Below, piece by piece: positions 55,258-64,000 of a DNA stretch of 64,000 nucleotides. The stretch's first letter is position 1; the number at the start of each line of letters is the position of its first letter. The notes beneath the pieces are model-generated. The model worked only from the letters and a program-made list of their open reading frames with translations, was not told the origin of the DNA and made no database searches. This DNA is from a virus (taxonomy: Duplodnaviria > Caudoviricetes): IMG/VR virus record IMGVR_UViG_3300021256_000078, positions 1-64,000 of that record, one strand, 5' to 3'. The position numbers and the translations under genes were made by a program.

Positions 55258-58200
55258 TTAATAAATGTTGTCATACGGTAACGCCAGCCCGATCAGGTTG
55301 ACGATCTCGCGGAACATGATCAGGTAGCCAGTATCGTTCGGGTGCAGGGTGTCCGATAGGCAGGTGTGCTCCCAGTCGGTGCCGGTGAACCTGCAAAACT
55401 TTGAAACCGCGTTGTATACGTTGCAAACCTGCACGTTATTGTTGAAGCAAATTTTCGAAATATAATTGGCAATGTCAAACAGATGAATCCACCGTTTCGC
55501 TCCCTCTACTACGTTCGTTTCGTCTGCCACTCCGCTCGGCGGCGGCGTATTGATGATGAAAGCAACGTCATTGTTCCGGCAATATTCAATGATCTGTTTC
55601 ATGTTGGATGTGAGCGTCGAAATTCGAAGGGCTCGGTTATTTTCAACAACTCGTTTCCGATCATTTGTGCCATATGATATGATTACCACATCTGTATCGG
55701 TTGGGATCAACGTCTGGATATATGTGAGAAGGAAACTACTGTCCGTTCCGCTGCACCCATTGTTCAGAACTGTTGCGTTGTAGTTGTCTTCAATGTAATC
55801 TTTGAAAAGGTTAGCCCAGCAATAACCGGAGGTATTCCGCTTATAGCTGAGGCCCGGAACGATTACCTCTCCATCATTAGCATATCCAGTGCCGCCGACA
55901 CCCGCTGTAATGCTGTCCCCGACTAGAACAACCTTTGTGGTTTTAGTTTCATCGACAAGCCGGTTAAGTGCCTCTTCAATGTTTTTCCAGTTTTCAAACT
56001 CTCTGGTGAAAGTTGTTTCGCGTTTCTTGATAACGATTTGCGCCGTGCCAGATACTTTGGTCGAAGCGATGATATAGTTGATGCTATCGGGGATGCTTAG
56101 CTTATAGTTGACAAACGTATACGTATCATTTTCGGCAATGCGATCAAGGATCGATGCCACAAAATAATTAACGTTTGGCTCACTATATCCGCAGACCCCG
56201 GAAAGCTTCTGGATTGTTCCAGTGTAATAATATTCTGCGTTATGATCGACCTCAATAAACGGAGTCCTTGCGTAGTTTTCGGATGCACTGCTTCGCTTCC
56301 CGTTTGTGCAATCTACATAGCCCTCTTCCTGTGTGAAGCTCAGATTGGTGTCCATGTACACATATCCACCCACAGCGTCGATCTTAGTGTTGAGCGCCGT
56401 TGTCTCGGCGTTAATATCGTCCAACGCGCTCGGTATCGTTTTGCCGCTATAAGACTCGCTCCCACTATTGTCATTAAGAATCAAAAACGCTGCAGAAGGA
56501 GGTGCGGTAATCACTAGATTTGCTGCGATCAGTGACTGGGGAGAAACCGATAGGACGTTGTATAAAGCATCAGTAAAGCACCAGAGCCGCTGAACGCCGC
56601 CTCCCTGGCCGTTGACAGTGAAAACGTCCCCCGGAACACACGGAACAACCATATAGCGCCACGAGTATGAGGCGCTGTATGACTGGCTATTAACATCAAC
56701 AGTGCTTCCATTAGTGATAAGGTAATAATGCTCTTCCGACCACCCGGTCAAGGAGGTACAGCCTGTAATGTCACTTAATTGGCGACTTAAGTCCTCAATG
56801 TCATTTTCCTTAATATCACTTATTTGCTGAGACAAATTATTTACTATGCTATCATTCCGACTTCTAATCTCTGAATCAACAGTGGTACTAACAATATTTG
56901 TCCCTGGTGTCAGCGTCGCACCTGCAGGAATAGCAGATGCTACCTTGTAAAGCTGATTATTGTATACAAGCATGTCCCCAACTGCATAAGACTTGCTGGC
57001 AGCTGAGGTTGTTTCAATGGTCGCGAACATTGACTGAGTGGCGGAGACTTCCGATTTTACAGCATCAGCTTTAGTGTCAACTATGGCCTTGGTGTCTGCT
57101 GGATAAGTGACCTCAACGTCTCCGGTTGAAGACCAGATGTTGTTTGTGCCGTAGAGGGTGGTCAGCTTGTTTCCAGTCAGAGTGTATTCGACAGGCTCGG
57201 CAAGCTCATAGCAGAGCTGAACGCCTGACATGGCAGTTTTGAACGATTCTGCATCTGAATACCGATTATCAATGATGTCAACATTCGCAGAGTTCGTCGG
57301 CACAGAACATGTTTTGTCTGATCTTACATTTTGTGCCACATATGGATAAGCAGAACAAAGTAGTTTAATTTTCCCAGCCGTATTTGTAATTTTCTTGATG
57401 AGTGGTATGGCAGCTCTAAAAAGAGTCCCTTGATCAACATTGTATTTTGTCCACGTCAAAGTTCCAAGATCTGGAATATATCCCATATCAGAAACATACT
57501 TCCCGCCAATAATATCGCCTTCGCCACCGTAGATCGTCTCTGGGAACGTGACTGAGATTTGGTCGCCGGTGTAAGGGTGGTACGTGGTAGCAGTAGAACC
57601 AAACTCTAATTGCGCAGGAATAGTACCATCAGCATTCTGTTTGAAAAATTCAACTAGTGAGCACCCTGACGGAACTGTGAATACGATTGGTTGATTTGTA
57701 TTGGAATAGTTCCAATGACTGCTATTTGAATGAGTCCACGAAGAATCAAGCCCTAATGCCGACTTTGAATCGTAATAATTTCCACTGCTGTCTTTCGCTC
57801 TCATGTACCAAAGACCACTCTGTGAAAACGCACGATTCCATGACAACACATAAGTTCCGGGCTTCAAATATACAGCTTTGGCCGTTGAAGATACTTTCCA
57901 ATCTATCAGGTTTTCCCCTGTCCCTGTCACCTCAGCGCCCGTCCATCCGCTGATCGGGCAAATGTTGGAGTAGGGAGAGAACTGCGCTGAAGGTGTTGAG
58001 CCGTTTTCAAGTTGAAAATATACTTTCTGGTTGTTATATGTCGTTCCGTTTGTAACCGCCGTACGGAAAAGCACGGTTGTTTCTTCTGAAAGCGTAAAGG
58101 TTGGACTTCCAGTAATAGCAAGCCTTGTGGAATCACTCGTCCTGTAAACTTCAAAACCGATATTATCTATCTGCCCGAATGCGCTGAGAGTGTAAGTTCC

Positions 58201-60819
58201 TGCTGGAAGTGTATCCGTGTATCCATTTGAAACCGCCAGCGCAATAGACGGGATTCCGGTTGTTGCTGCTGCCGTTCCGTTAAAAGTTACACTTCCGTCA
58301 TCTGCATAAGTGAATGTCACACCAGCACTGGCGTTAGTGCAGACATAAGGTTTATGCAGATTCTTCCCACCCCCCGCAGGCCACGGATGATCATACCCGT
58401 GCAAATCCTGCGCAGGCTCGATCTGAGCCACCAGCTTCTTCACGGGAACAGAATCTGCTCCATCGTCAAAGGATGCAATAGCCGCAGGACCGACTGTTTC
58501 CATAATGGCCGGGGCTTTGCTTCCAAGACCGGTTTCCGGATCGGATACGGTTTCTTCAAGCGTACTTACCTTTTCATTCAGAACTTCAATCGGCTCGGTG
58601 AACACTTCGCCATAGTGGATTGTTGGGTCCTTGTAGTAGGTAAGCTTCTGAATATCACCGCAATCAGCCCAGATGTTGTTTGTGCCGTGAAGGGTAGTCA
58701 GAATATCGGAGACTTCGGCAGAGGTGAGGTGGATGGTCTGAGGCGAGGCGAGCTGGTAGACCAACTGGACACCGGACATTGCTGTCTTGAATTCTGCGGA
58801 TGTCAGGCTACTATACAATTTTGATCTGACCCAAGTACGATGATAGGTGCCAACACGAAGTTCAATAACATTATCTTCAGCGGCCGTATAAGCTTGGCCA
58901 TATCGGAACATACTACAAAGTATATTTGTACTATTTGAAGCGCCAAAGTTCGTTTCGCTGAAAAACTGATAAAGACCGGCTTCGCCTTTCACCCATGCCA
59001 AACTGCCGAGATCAACCAGTCCTTTATCCACCACCAGCATCCCCGTTTTGTCGGGGTTGATCGTAAGCGTACCGCTGTAGACTGTGCCGCTATCACCAGC
59101 TTCTGACGGGAACGCGACGGAGATTTGGTTGCCGGTGTAGGGTTCGTAATCGGTAGCGGTAGAGCCGAGTTCAACCATGATATCAAATCGTGCAAAGATT
59201 TTTTCAAATGCTTCCTGTGTCTTAGGATAAATGAACAGGTTAGAACAAATAATACCTGAACGTATGCTTATATTCGAAGCGTTAGCAGAAACAGTGCTAT
59301 TTTGCAGTGCCCAGTTATATTCGATTGCTTTATCTACTTTGCTGAAATCATCAGCAGTAAATCCGACAGCTATGCCTTCCAACGAAATTGATGTATCCTT
59401 ATCAACAAATGTATATCGAGCGATTTGCCCGTCTGGTATGGCATTATTGATATATAAGTAACTTTTACCTGTAGACCATGCCGAAAAATCGGAATTGAAC
59501 AGATTCTTCCCCGTCCTCGTCACGTTTGCACCCGTCCATCCACTGATCGGGCAGATGTTGGAGTAGGGGGAGTAAGTCGTTATAGTCGCAGGATAATTGA
59601 TGGCGATGTTGTTGTTATAAGTCGTACCATACGATGTGACAGTCATGAAATTTATATAATAACAATCCGAAGATACGGAAAATGAAACGTCTGGGCCAAC
59701 AAAGTTTCCGCTGTTTCCTACACGCAAATAGCTCTTATCCGAATCATATTCAAACCAGCATATCCTTGCTCCTGTAATATAATACGTAGTTCCGGGAGTT
59801 ACTGGAATATAGTTTTTGTTCCTAATGCGATCGGTAGAAGTATTTTTTGCTCCGCTGTCATCGTGATATCCGCCGACTTCCCACTGCTCATCCCACTGAT
59901 TAGCTCCACCACCCGCAGGCCACGGGTTATCATACCCATGCAGATCCTGCACAGGCTCGATTCCAACCGTCAGGGCTTTAACTGGAATGTTGTCGGCGCC
60001 ATCGTCAAATGACGCGATTTTCGCATCCTCAATGGTGTTCTGCGGATAAACACCGCGCAGAAAATCGCCGACGATTTCAGCATCTGCCGCCTTGCCGGAT
60101 TGAGTCAGTGTCTCGTCGGTGTAACGATATACCGTAACACTGATCCCGGCTGCATCACTCGGTGCAATCGTTCCATTATTGGTCTTCGCAACCAGCAGAC
60201 GGATGTATTTACCATTTGAGTGCTGAATCATCGTGCTTTCACTGATCCAGTCAGGGGCCGCATCGACAAAAGTCTCTGGTGTGTCGCCGTTGTACGCAAA
60301 CCACTTGAACGTAAGACCGCTCGGAAGCGTCACGTGATAACCGCAGTCAGGTTCGATCTCATAGTAACCGGAACGCAGCCGGATCGTAGAATCTACCGTA
60401 GTCGGGATTCCATCTCTTGTGTCCAGGCTTCCGTTTTCAAAGCTGGGCTTCAGGTCGGACTCAGTCACAAGTCCCATTTTGAATTCTTCGAGATCGTCGA
60501 TTTCCTTCTCAATGGTTTCGATATTGGTATCGAACTCCTCAGAACTCGGCAGATTCTGAACCTTGTCCTGATCTTCGTTTGTATAGTCGTTCGTCGAAAG
60601 GCCTTTACCCTCAACTGCGTTCACAAGTCCAAGCTCAGTTCCGGTCTTATTCCCAGTCAGGGTAACGCCGTTGATCTGGGGCTTGTTCTTCAGCTGAACA
60701 TAGTTTTTCGTACCCTCGCCGATCTCATCGGTCAGATCCATACCGAGGAGCGACTGATCGGAGCCGAAATCCAATGCGTTGTTCAGATCGCCGTCTGTAA
60801 AAGTAACATCCAATTTCAT
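55258..60819 (-). CDS. tail fibre / receptor-binding protein with duplicated module and C-terminal SGNH (GDSL) hydrolase
   Basis: KPQINGVTL and GKGLSTNDYT fibre motifs; internal duplication; GDSIT, GTND, DTLHPN. Confidence 0.8.
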   Translation of the reverse strand: MKLDVTFTDGDLNNALDFGSDQSLLGMDLTDEIGEGTKNYVQLKNKPQINGVTLTGNKTGTELGLVNAVEGKGLSTNDYTNEDQDKVQNLPSSEEFDTNIETIEKEIDDLEEFKMGLVTESDLKPSFENGSLDTRDGIPTTVDSTIRLRSGYYEIEPDCGYHVTLPSGLTFKWFAYNGDTPETFVDAAPDWISESTMIQHSNGKYIRLLVAKTNNGTIAPSDAAGISVTVYRYTDETLTQSGKAADAEIVGDFLRGVYPQNTIEDAKIASFDDGADNIPVKALTVGIEPVQDLHGYDNPWPAGGGANQWDEQWEVGGYHDDSGAKNTSTDRIRNKNYIPVTPGTTYYITGARICWFEYDSDKSYLRVGNSGNFVGPDVSFSVSSDCYYINFMTVTSYGTTYNNNIAINYPATITTYSPYSNICPISGWTGANVTRTGKNLFNSDFSAWSTGKSYLYINNAIPDGQIARYTFVDKDTSISLEGIAVGFTADDFSKVDKAIEYNWALQNSTVSANASNISIRSGIICSNLFIYPKTQEAFEKIFARFDIMVELGSTATDYEPYTGNQISVAFPSEAGDSGTVYSGTLTINPDKTGMLVVDKGLVDLGSLAWVKGEAGLYQFFSETNFGASNSTNILCSMFRYGQAYTAAEDNVIELRVGTYHRTWVRSKLYSSLTSAEFKTAMSGVQLVYQLASPQTIHLTSAEVSDILTTLHGTNNIWADCGDIQKLTYYKDPTIHYGEVFTEPIEVLNEKVSTLEETVSDPETGLGSKAPAIMETVGPAAIASFDDGADSVPVKKLVAQIEPAQDLHGYDHPWPAGGGKNLHKPYVCTNASAGVTFTYADDGSVTFNGTAAATTGIPSIALAVSNGYTDTLPAGTYTLSAFGQIDNIGFEVYRTSDSTRLAITGSPTFTLSEETTVLFRTAVTNGTTYNNQKVYFQLENGSTPSAQFSPYSNICPISGWTGAEVTGTGENLIDWKVSSTAKAVYLKPGTYVLSWNRAFSQSGLWYMRAKDSSGNYYDSKSALGLDSSWTHSNSSHWNYSNTNQPIVFTVPSGCSLVEFFKQNADGTIPAQLEFGSTATTYHPYTGDQISVTFPETIYGGEGDIIGGKYVSDMGYIPDLGTLTWTKYNVDQGTLFRAAIPLIKKITNTAGKIKLLCSAYPYVAQNVRSDKTCSVPTNSANVDIIDNRYSDAESFKTAMSGVQLCYELAEPVEYTLTGNKLTTLYGTNNIWSSTGDVEVTYPADTKAIVDTKADAVKSEVSATQSMFATIETTSAASKSYAVGDMLVYNNQLYKVASAIPAGATLTPGTNIVSTTVDSEIRSRNDSIVNNLSQQISDIKENDIEDLSRQLSDITGCTSLTGWSEEHYYLITNGSTVDVNSQSYSASYSWRYMVVPCVPGDVFTVNGQGGGVQRLWCFTDALYNVLSVSPQSLIAANLVITAPPSAAFLILNDNSGSESYSGKTIPSALDDINAETTALNTKIDAVGGYVYMDTNLSFTQEEGYVDCTNGKRSSASENYARTPFIEVDHNAEYYYTGTIQKLSGVCGYSEPNVNYFVASILDRIAENDTYTFVNYKLSIPDSINYIIASTKVSGTAQIVIKKRETTFTREFENWKNIEEALNRLVDETKTTKVVLVGDSITAGVGGTGYANDGEVIVPGLSYKRNTSGYCWANLFKDYIEDNYNATVLNNGCSGTDSSFLLTYIQTLIPTDTDVVIISYGTNDRKRVVENNRALRISTLTSNMKQIIEYCRNNDVAFIINTPPPSGVADETNVVEGAKRWIHLFDIANYISKICFNNNVQVCNVYNAVSKFCRFTGTDWEHTCLSDTLHPNDTGYLIMFREIVNLIGLALPYDNIY

Positions 60820-60832
60820 GGTATCACCTCAT

Positions 60833-61189
60833 TTATTCGTCAACGAGAACCTGATCGTCAAGAACATCCTTCACATTGACAAACTTAATGTCGCTGGCAT
60901 ATGCATGATCGTTTGCATCCAGCACTCTCACCTGAACGGCCGCAACAGAATTGTACTTGCCGACCGAGAACGTGTTGGCTTCCTCCTGGGTAAGACGCAG
61001 GGATCCCTTGTAGATTATGCGTTCATCTTCAGTTTCCGTGGTGAAGGTGAGATCCGCTTCGGTCTTCTCAAACACCACGTTTCCGTTCTGAGAGTAGGTG
61101 ATCAGGATTTTCTTGTAGGTTGCAGGATCGTCCGGGAAAGTAAAAGTATGCAGTGGTGTAGTTGCACGAAACATGGCGTTTACCTCCAT
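60833..61189 (-). CDS. tail/baseplate-associated hypothetical protein
   Basis: RATTP...LTQEE...VQVRV, between lysin and fibre. Confidence 0.6.
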   Translation of the reverse strand: MEVNAMFRATTPLHTFTFPDDPATYKKILITYSQNGNVVFEKTEADLTFTTETEDERIIYKGSLRLTQEEANTFSVGKYNSVAAVQVRVLDANDHAYASDIKFVNVKDVLDDQVLVDE

Positions 61190-61193
61190 TAAT

Positions 61194-62798
61194 TTAGTTT
61201 GCGTTTATTTCCAAAAGCTTTTTCCAGGTTTCAAGGTCCACAATTCCGTTCGCCTGAAGTCCAAAATGCTTTTGAAAATCTGTTATTTTTTGCTGCATTT
61301 CCTTGCCGAAGATGCCGGTCACAACAATTGTATAGCCCCAGCAAAGAAGTGCCGCCTGGGCGAGTTTCACATCGGCCCCCTCATCTTCCATTTTAATTTC
61401 ACGAATCTGAATGACCTTGCGTGGAACTCCAGTGTCAGGTTCGGTTTCCAGTTCAGTTGTGGAGGACTCTGGTTTTTTGAGAATCTCATTAAGAACCTTT
61501 CTGGTGTCGTCGCCGACTTCTCCGTCAACCGGCTCAAGGTGATGCTGCCTTTGAAACTTCATGACCGCACGCTTTGTGTTATCGCCGTAGTCTCCGTCAG
61601 CGCCATCAGGACCGACATCATAACCCATTTTCAGAAGATCCTTCTGAAGCTGTCGGACATCTTCTCCTATGCAGCCGAGTTTCAGAATTCGCTCGCCCGA
61701 TGCCGGCTGGTCAACGTCGAATGCCGTATTGTCGTCCAGACTTTCCACAAGAGCCCAGTTTGGTCTGCCATAACCGATAATGTTACTCGAGTTAATCGGA
61801 TAGGTACGCCTTGCCACCATGTCGGACGTGTTGCCCTCAATCGTTGTGACGGTTCCATTTTGAACAGACTCGACCATTCCTGTATGACTGTATTCTCCCG
61901 GCGCATAGGTGAAAAAGATCTGGTCGCCAGGCTGAGGATTGCTCGTATACCAGGCTCCGTTCTGCTTATAGTATTGCGCTGAATAAAGACATCCGGCTCC
62001 AGCAGAACGAAGCGGCTGATAGAGCATACGTCTTCCTATGTCCGGTCCAAAGCATGTGACAAAGCACCAGTCATAGGCAACATCGCAGTAGGGATAGCCG
62101 TTTTTGCCGCCGTTATAAAAGTTTTTGAGTTTATCGAGATCTCTGGCGTACTTCGTCCAGTTCCCGGCTCCGGCATTCGCGGTTTTATCATCAAGCTGCG
62201 AATTGGAAGCTTTTTCGCAATAGCCAACTTCGGAACGTGCAAGATTAAGAACCGCATTCACGGCTTCCTGTTTTGTCATACTGCTCGTCCCTCCCGTATC
62301 GAGATTTTTGAATCGTTCATAGAATTGTTCAGAAGATGCATAACGGATTGGTTTCTGCCGGTCTTTGCCGTCCGGATTTTCCCATTTGTCCAGCAGCTGC
62401 CAGCTGAGGTCCGCCAGGTCATGGCTAGTTGTAACAAGCCGCCACTGTACCGGGAAGTTGTGCTGCATTTCCCAAAGCAGAAAAGCAATCTGCGTTTCCG
62501 AATCTCCGATGGACTTTCCTCGTGCCCGGCAGAAATCATACAGGTTCCCCTTGCGGTCCGGAAAAGTCCACTGAGCATAACCGTAACCGATTCCATCATA
62601 CATGAACTGGTGTCGGGTGATCAGTCCGCTGTCAACCTGACTTGTGTAAGCAGCATCATTTCTGCCCTTGGAATCTTCTGCGTTGTTAGAAAGAAAGACG
62701 CCTTCATGCTGAATCTGTCCGAGTACAGCACAGGCGCCTTCAATTGTCATACCGGCTTTTCGAAAAGTTCGGTACATATGTTCCTGGATGGTCATCAT
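61194..62798 (-). CDS. endolysin: tail-lysozyme-like + CHAP + two PG-binding domains
   Basis: GYGYAQWT; PYCD, HTGMV, TIEGNT; DGDYG..T..AV..FQ. Confidence 0.85.
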   Translation of the reverse strand: MMTIQEHMYRTFRKAGMTIEGACAVLGQIQHEGVFLSNNAEDSKGRNDAAYTSQVDSGLITRHQFMYDGIGYGYAQWTFPDRKGNLYDFCRARGKSIGDSETQIAFLLWEMQHNFPVQWRLVTTSHDLADLSWQLLDKWENPDGKDRQKPIRYASSEQFYERFKNLDTGGTSSMTKQEAVNAVLNLARSEVGYCEKASNSQLDDKTANAGAGNWTKYARDLDKLKNFYNGGKNGYPYCDVAYDWCFVTCFGPDIGRRMLYQPLRSAGAGCLYSAQYYKQNGAWYTSNPQPGDQIFFTYAPGEYSHTGMVESVQNGTVTTIEGNTSDMVARRTYPINSSNIIGYGRPNWALVESLDDNTAFDVDQPASGERILKLGCIGEDVRQLQKDLLKMGYDVGPDGADGDYGDNTKRAVMKFQRQHHLEPVDGEVGDDTRKVLNEILKKPESSTTELETEPDTGVPRKVIQIREIKMEDEGADVKLAQAALLCWGYTIVVTGIFGKEMQQKITDFQKHFGLQANGIVDLETWKKLLEINAN

Positions 62799-62848
62799 AA
62801 ATCACCTCCAGACTTCTATTTTGATTATTCAGTTTTGAATAGGTAAGC

Positions 62849-63999
62849 TCATAGTAGATCTACGATTTGATTGATAGCATCTTTAAGGCTGCCGGAACCG
62901 TTATACTGCGACGTTACAATCTCATCGCCAGCGGATACGGTTGACGGAAGCACAATGCTTGAGTTGTTTGGTATCATTGGATCAATATTGTTGCGAACTC
63001 TATTAAAATCAAACGCAGAGAATTCCTCTCCAGCGGTAACTTTATGAAAGTCGATTCGAGCCAGTCCTGCCTCTTCTCGCACATCATTGACGAAATCGAG
63101 AAAAGCATTCCATGCGGTCGCGGTAATGGCAAGATCCACGCGCTCTCCGACTGCAAAATAAGTCGCATCGGCCTGGTCGCTTCCATGCCAGTAGAACTTA
63201 TCTCGTGCTTTCCATACCGCGTACAATGTCAGACTGCGAGTCGGCGTAAATGATTGAAGCGGTTGTATCGTCTGTGGAAAGCCATCATCATCCGTATAGG
63301 ACCAGTGTTGAAAGACAGAACCGGCTTTGGTAAAATGGCACTGCCCGACCGTCCAAATATCGTAGGTAATTGCAAGCGGTGTATGAACCACGCTATTTCC
63401 CCCGCCGGAACCACCGTCGTTGTATGTCAGTGTGTAGCCGTTTTGCCAGATGGCATCGAGGATGAAGCTTATGGTAATCTCTAAGGTCTGTCCTGGCGTA
63501 TATATTATTGTAGTGTCATCCCGTCGTTGCCATCCGGTACATACCTGTGTTGTGGTAGGTTGAGGAGACGGAAGAGTAATTTCCCCACCGATTCTGGCAT
63601 ACAGAGACGAGCCGTATTGACTCCCATTGCTGTAACAAATAACAACAACCCGCCAGATGGCATACAGGACTGCAGATTCATTTTTGCTATAGGTGTCACC
63701 GGCTTCATACTGCCTAGCTGCCATTCGATCTGAATTTGTTGACCAACCGAAAAACGTATGTCCACTCCAAGTTGGTATAATGGTACTTAATGTCAGATCG
63801 ACATCTTCCCATTTTCGTTGGCTAGAGGGTACGCTAGCAGCATCGCCGCCATTGGCATTATATGAAATATCATAAAATGTCTTCCAGACGGCAAGCAGCG
63901 TAATACTTTCACTCAGGTTTTGAATGGTGGCGCCGGGAGAATAGGAGTCTGTACTATGGGCAACCTGCCACATATAGAGCCCTTTGCCCCCGGAATCTG
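62849..63999 (-). CDS. InlB B-repeat (Listeria-Bacteroides repeat) tail-associated protein, 5' partial
   Basis: YNANGG, F.GW, LYA.W repeats; frame open to the window edge. Confidence 0.7.
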   Translation of the reverse strand, partial: DSGGKGLYMWQVAHSTDSYSPGATIQNLSESITLLAVWKTFYDISYNANGGDAASVPSSQRKWEDVDLTLSTIIPTWSGHTFFGWSTNSDRMAARQYEAGDTYSKNESAVLYAIWRVVVICYSNGSQYGSSLYARIGGEITLPSPQPTTTQVCTGWQRRDDTTIIYTPGQTLEITISFILDAIWQNGYTLTYNDGGSGGGNSVVHTPLAITYDIWTVGQCHFTKAGSVFQHWSYTDDDGFPQTIQPLQSFTPTRSLTLYAVWKARDKFYWHGSDQADATYFAVGERVDLAITATAWNAFLDFVNDVREEAGLARIDFHKVTAGEEFSAFDFNRVRNNIDPMIPNNSSIVLPSTVSAGDEIVTSQYNGSGSLKDAINQIVDLL

Positions 64000-64000
64000 C

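Noticed and set aside
55258-60819. Diversity-generating retroelement target
   Set aside because: No reverse transcriptase in the window, and repeat differences are not adenine-specific

Overview
This window is part of a temperate tailed-phage genome, probably a siphovirus of a Firmicutes/Clostridia host (inferred from SD sequences, a CHAP/PG-binding endolysin and an ssrA-type attP). Almost every gene is on the minus strand. Reading from the right end: the end of the tail/lysis module (B-repeat protein, endolysin, 1853-aa tail fibre with an SGNH tip), an integration module (tyrosine integrase with intact attP), about 35 kb of small accessory genes, and a replication/transcription module. That last module has an iteron-rich origin, a helicase-primase-PolB fusion, SSB, SF2 helicase, two nucleases and a 941-aa single-chain two-barrel (DFDGD) RNA polymerase with several HTH motifs. 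The main unexplained structure is a fixed-spacing 25-26 bp motif, TTCGHAA-N5-RCA-N5-TATRRT, counted by eye 31 times, always on the minus strand. It heads promoter-ORF-terminator cassettes. Eight copies instead head short structured RNAs, two of which fold as tRNA-like molecules with D and T arms but a GAAA tetraloop in place of the anticodon. All family assignments come from motif recognition by eye; no searches were run.
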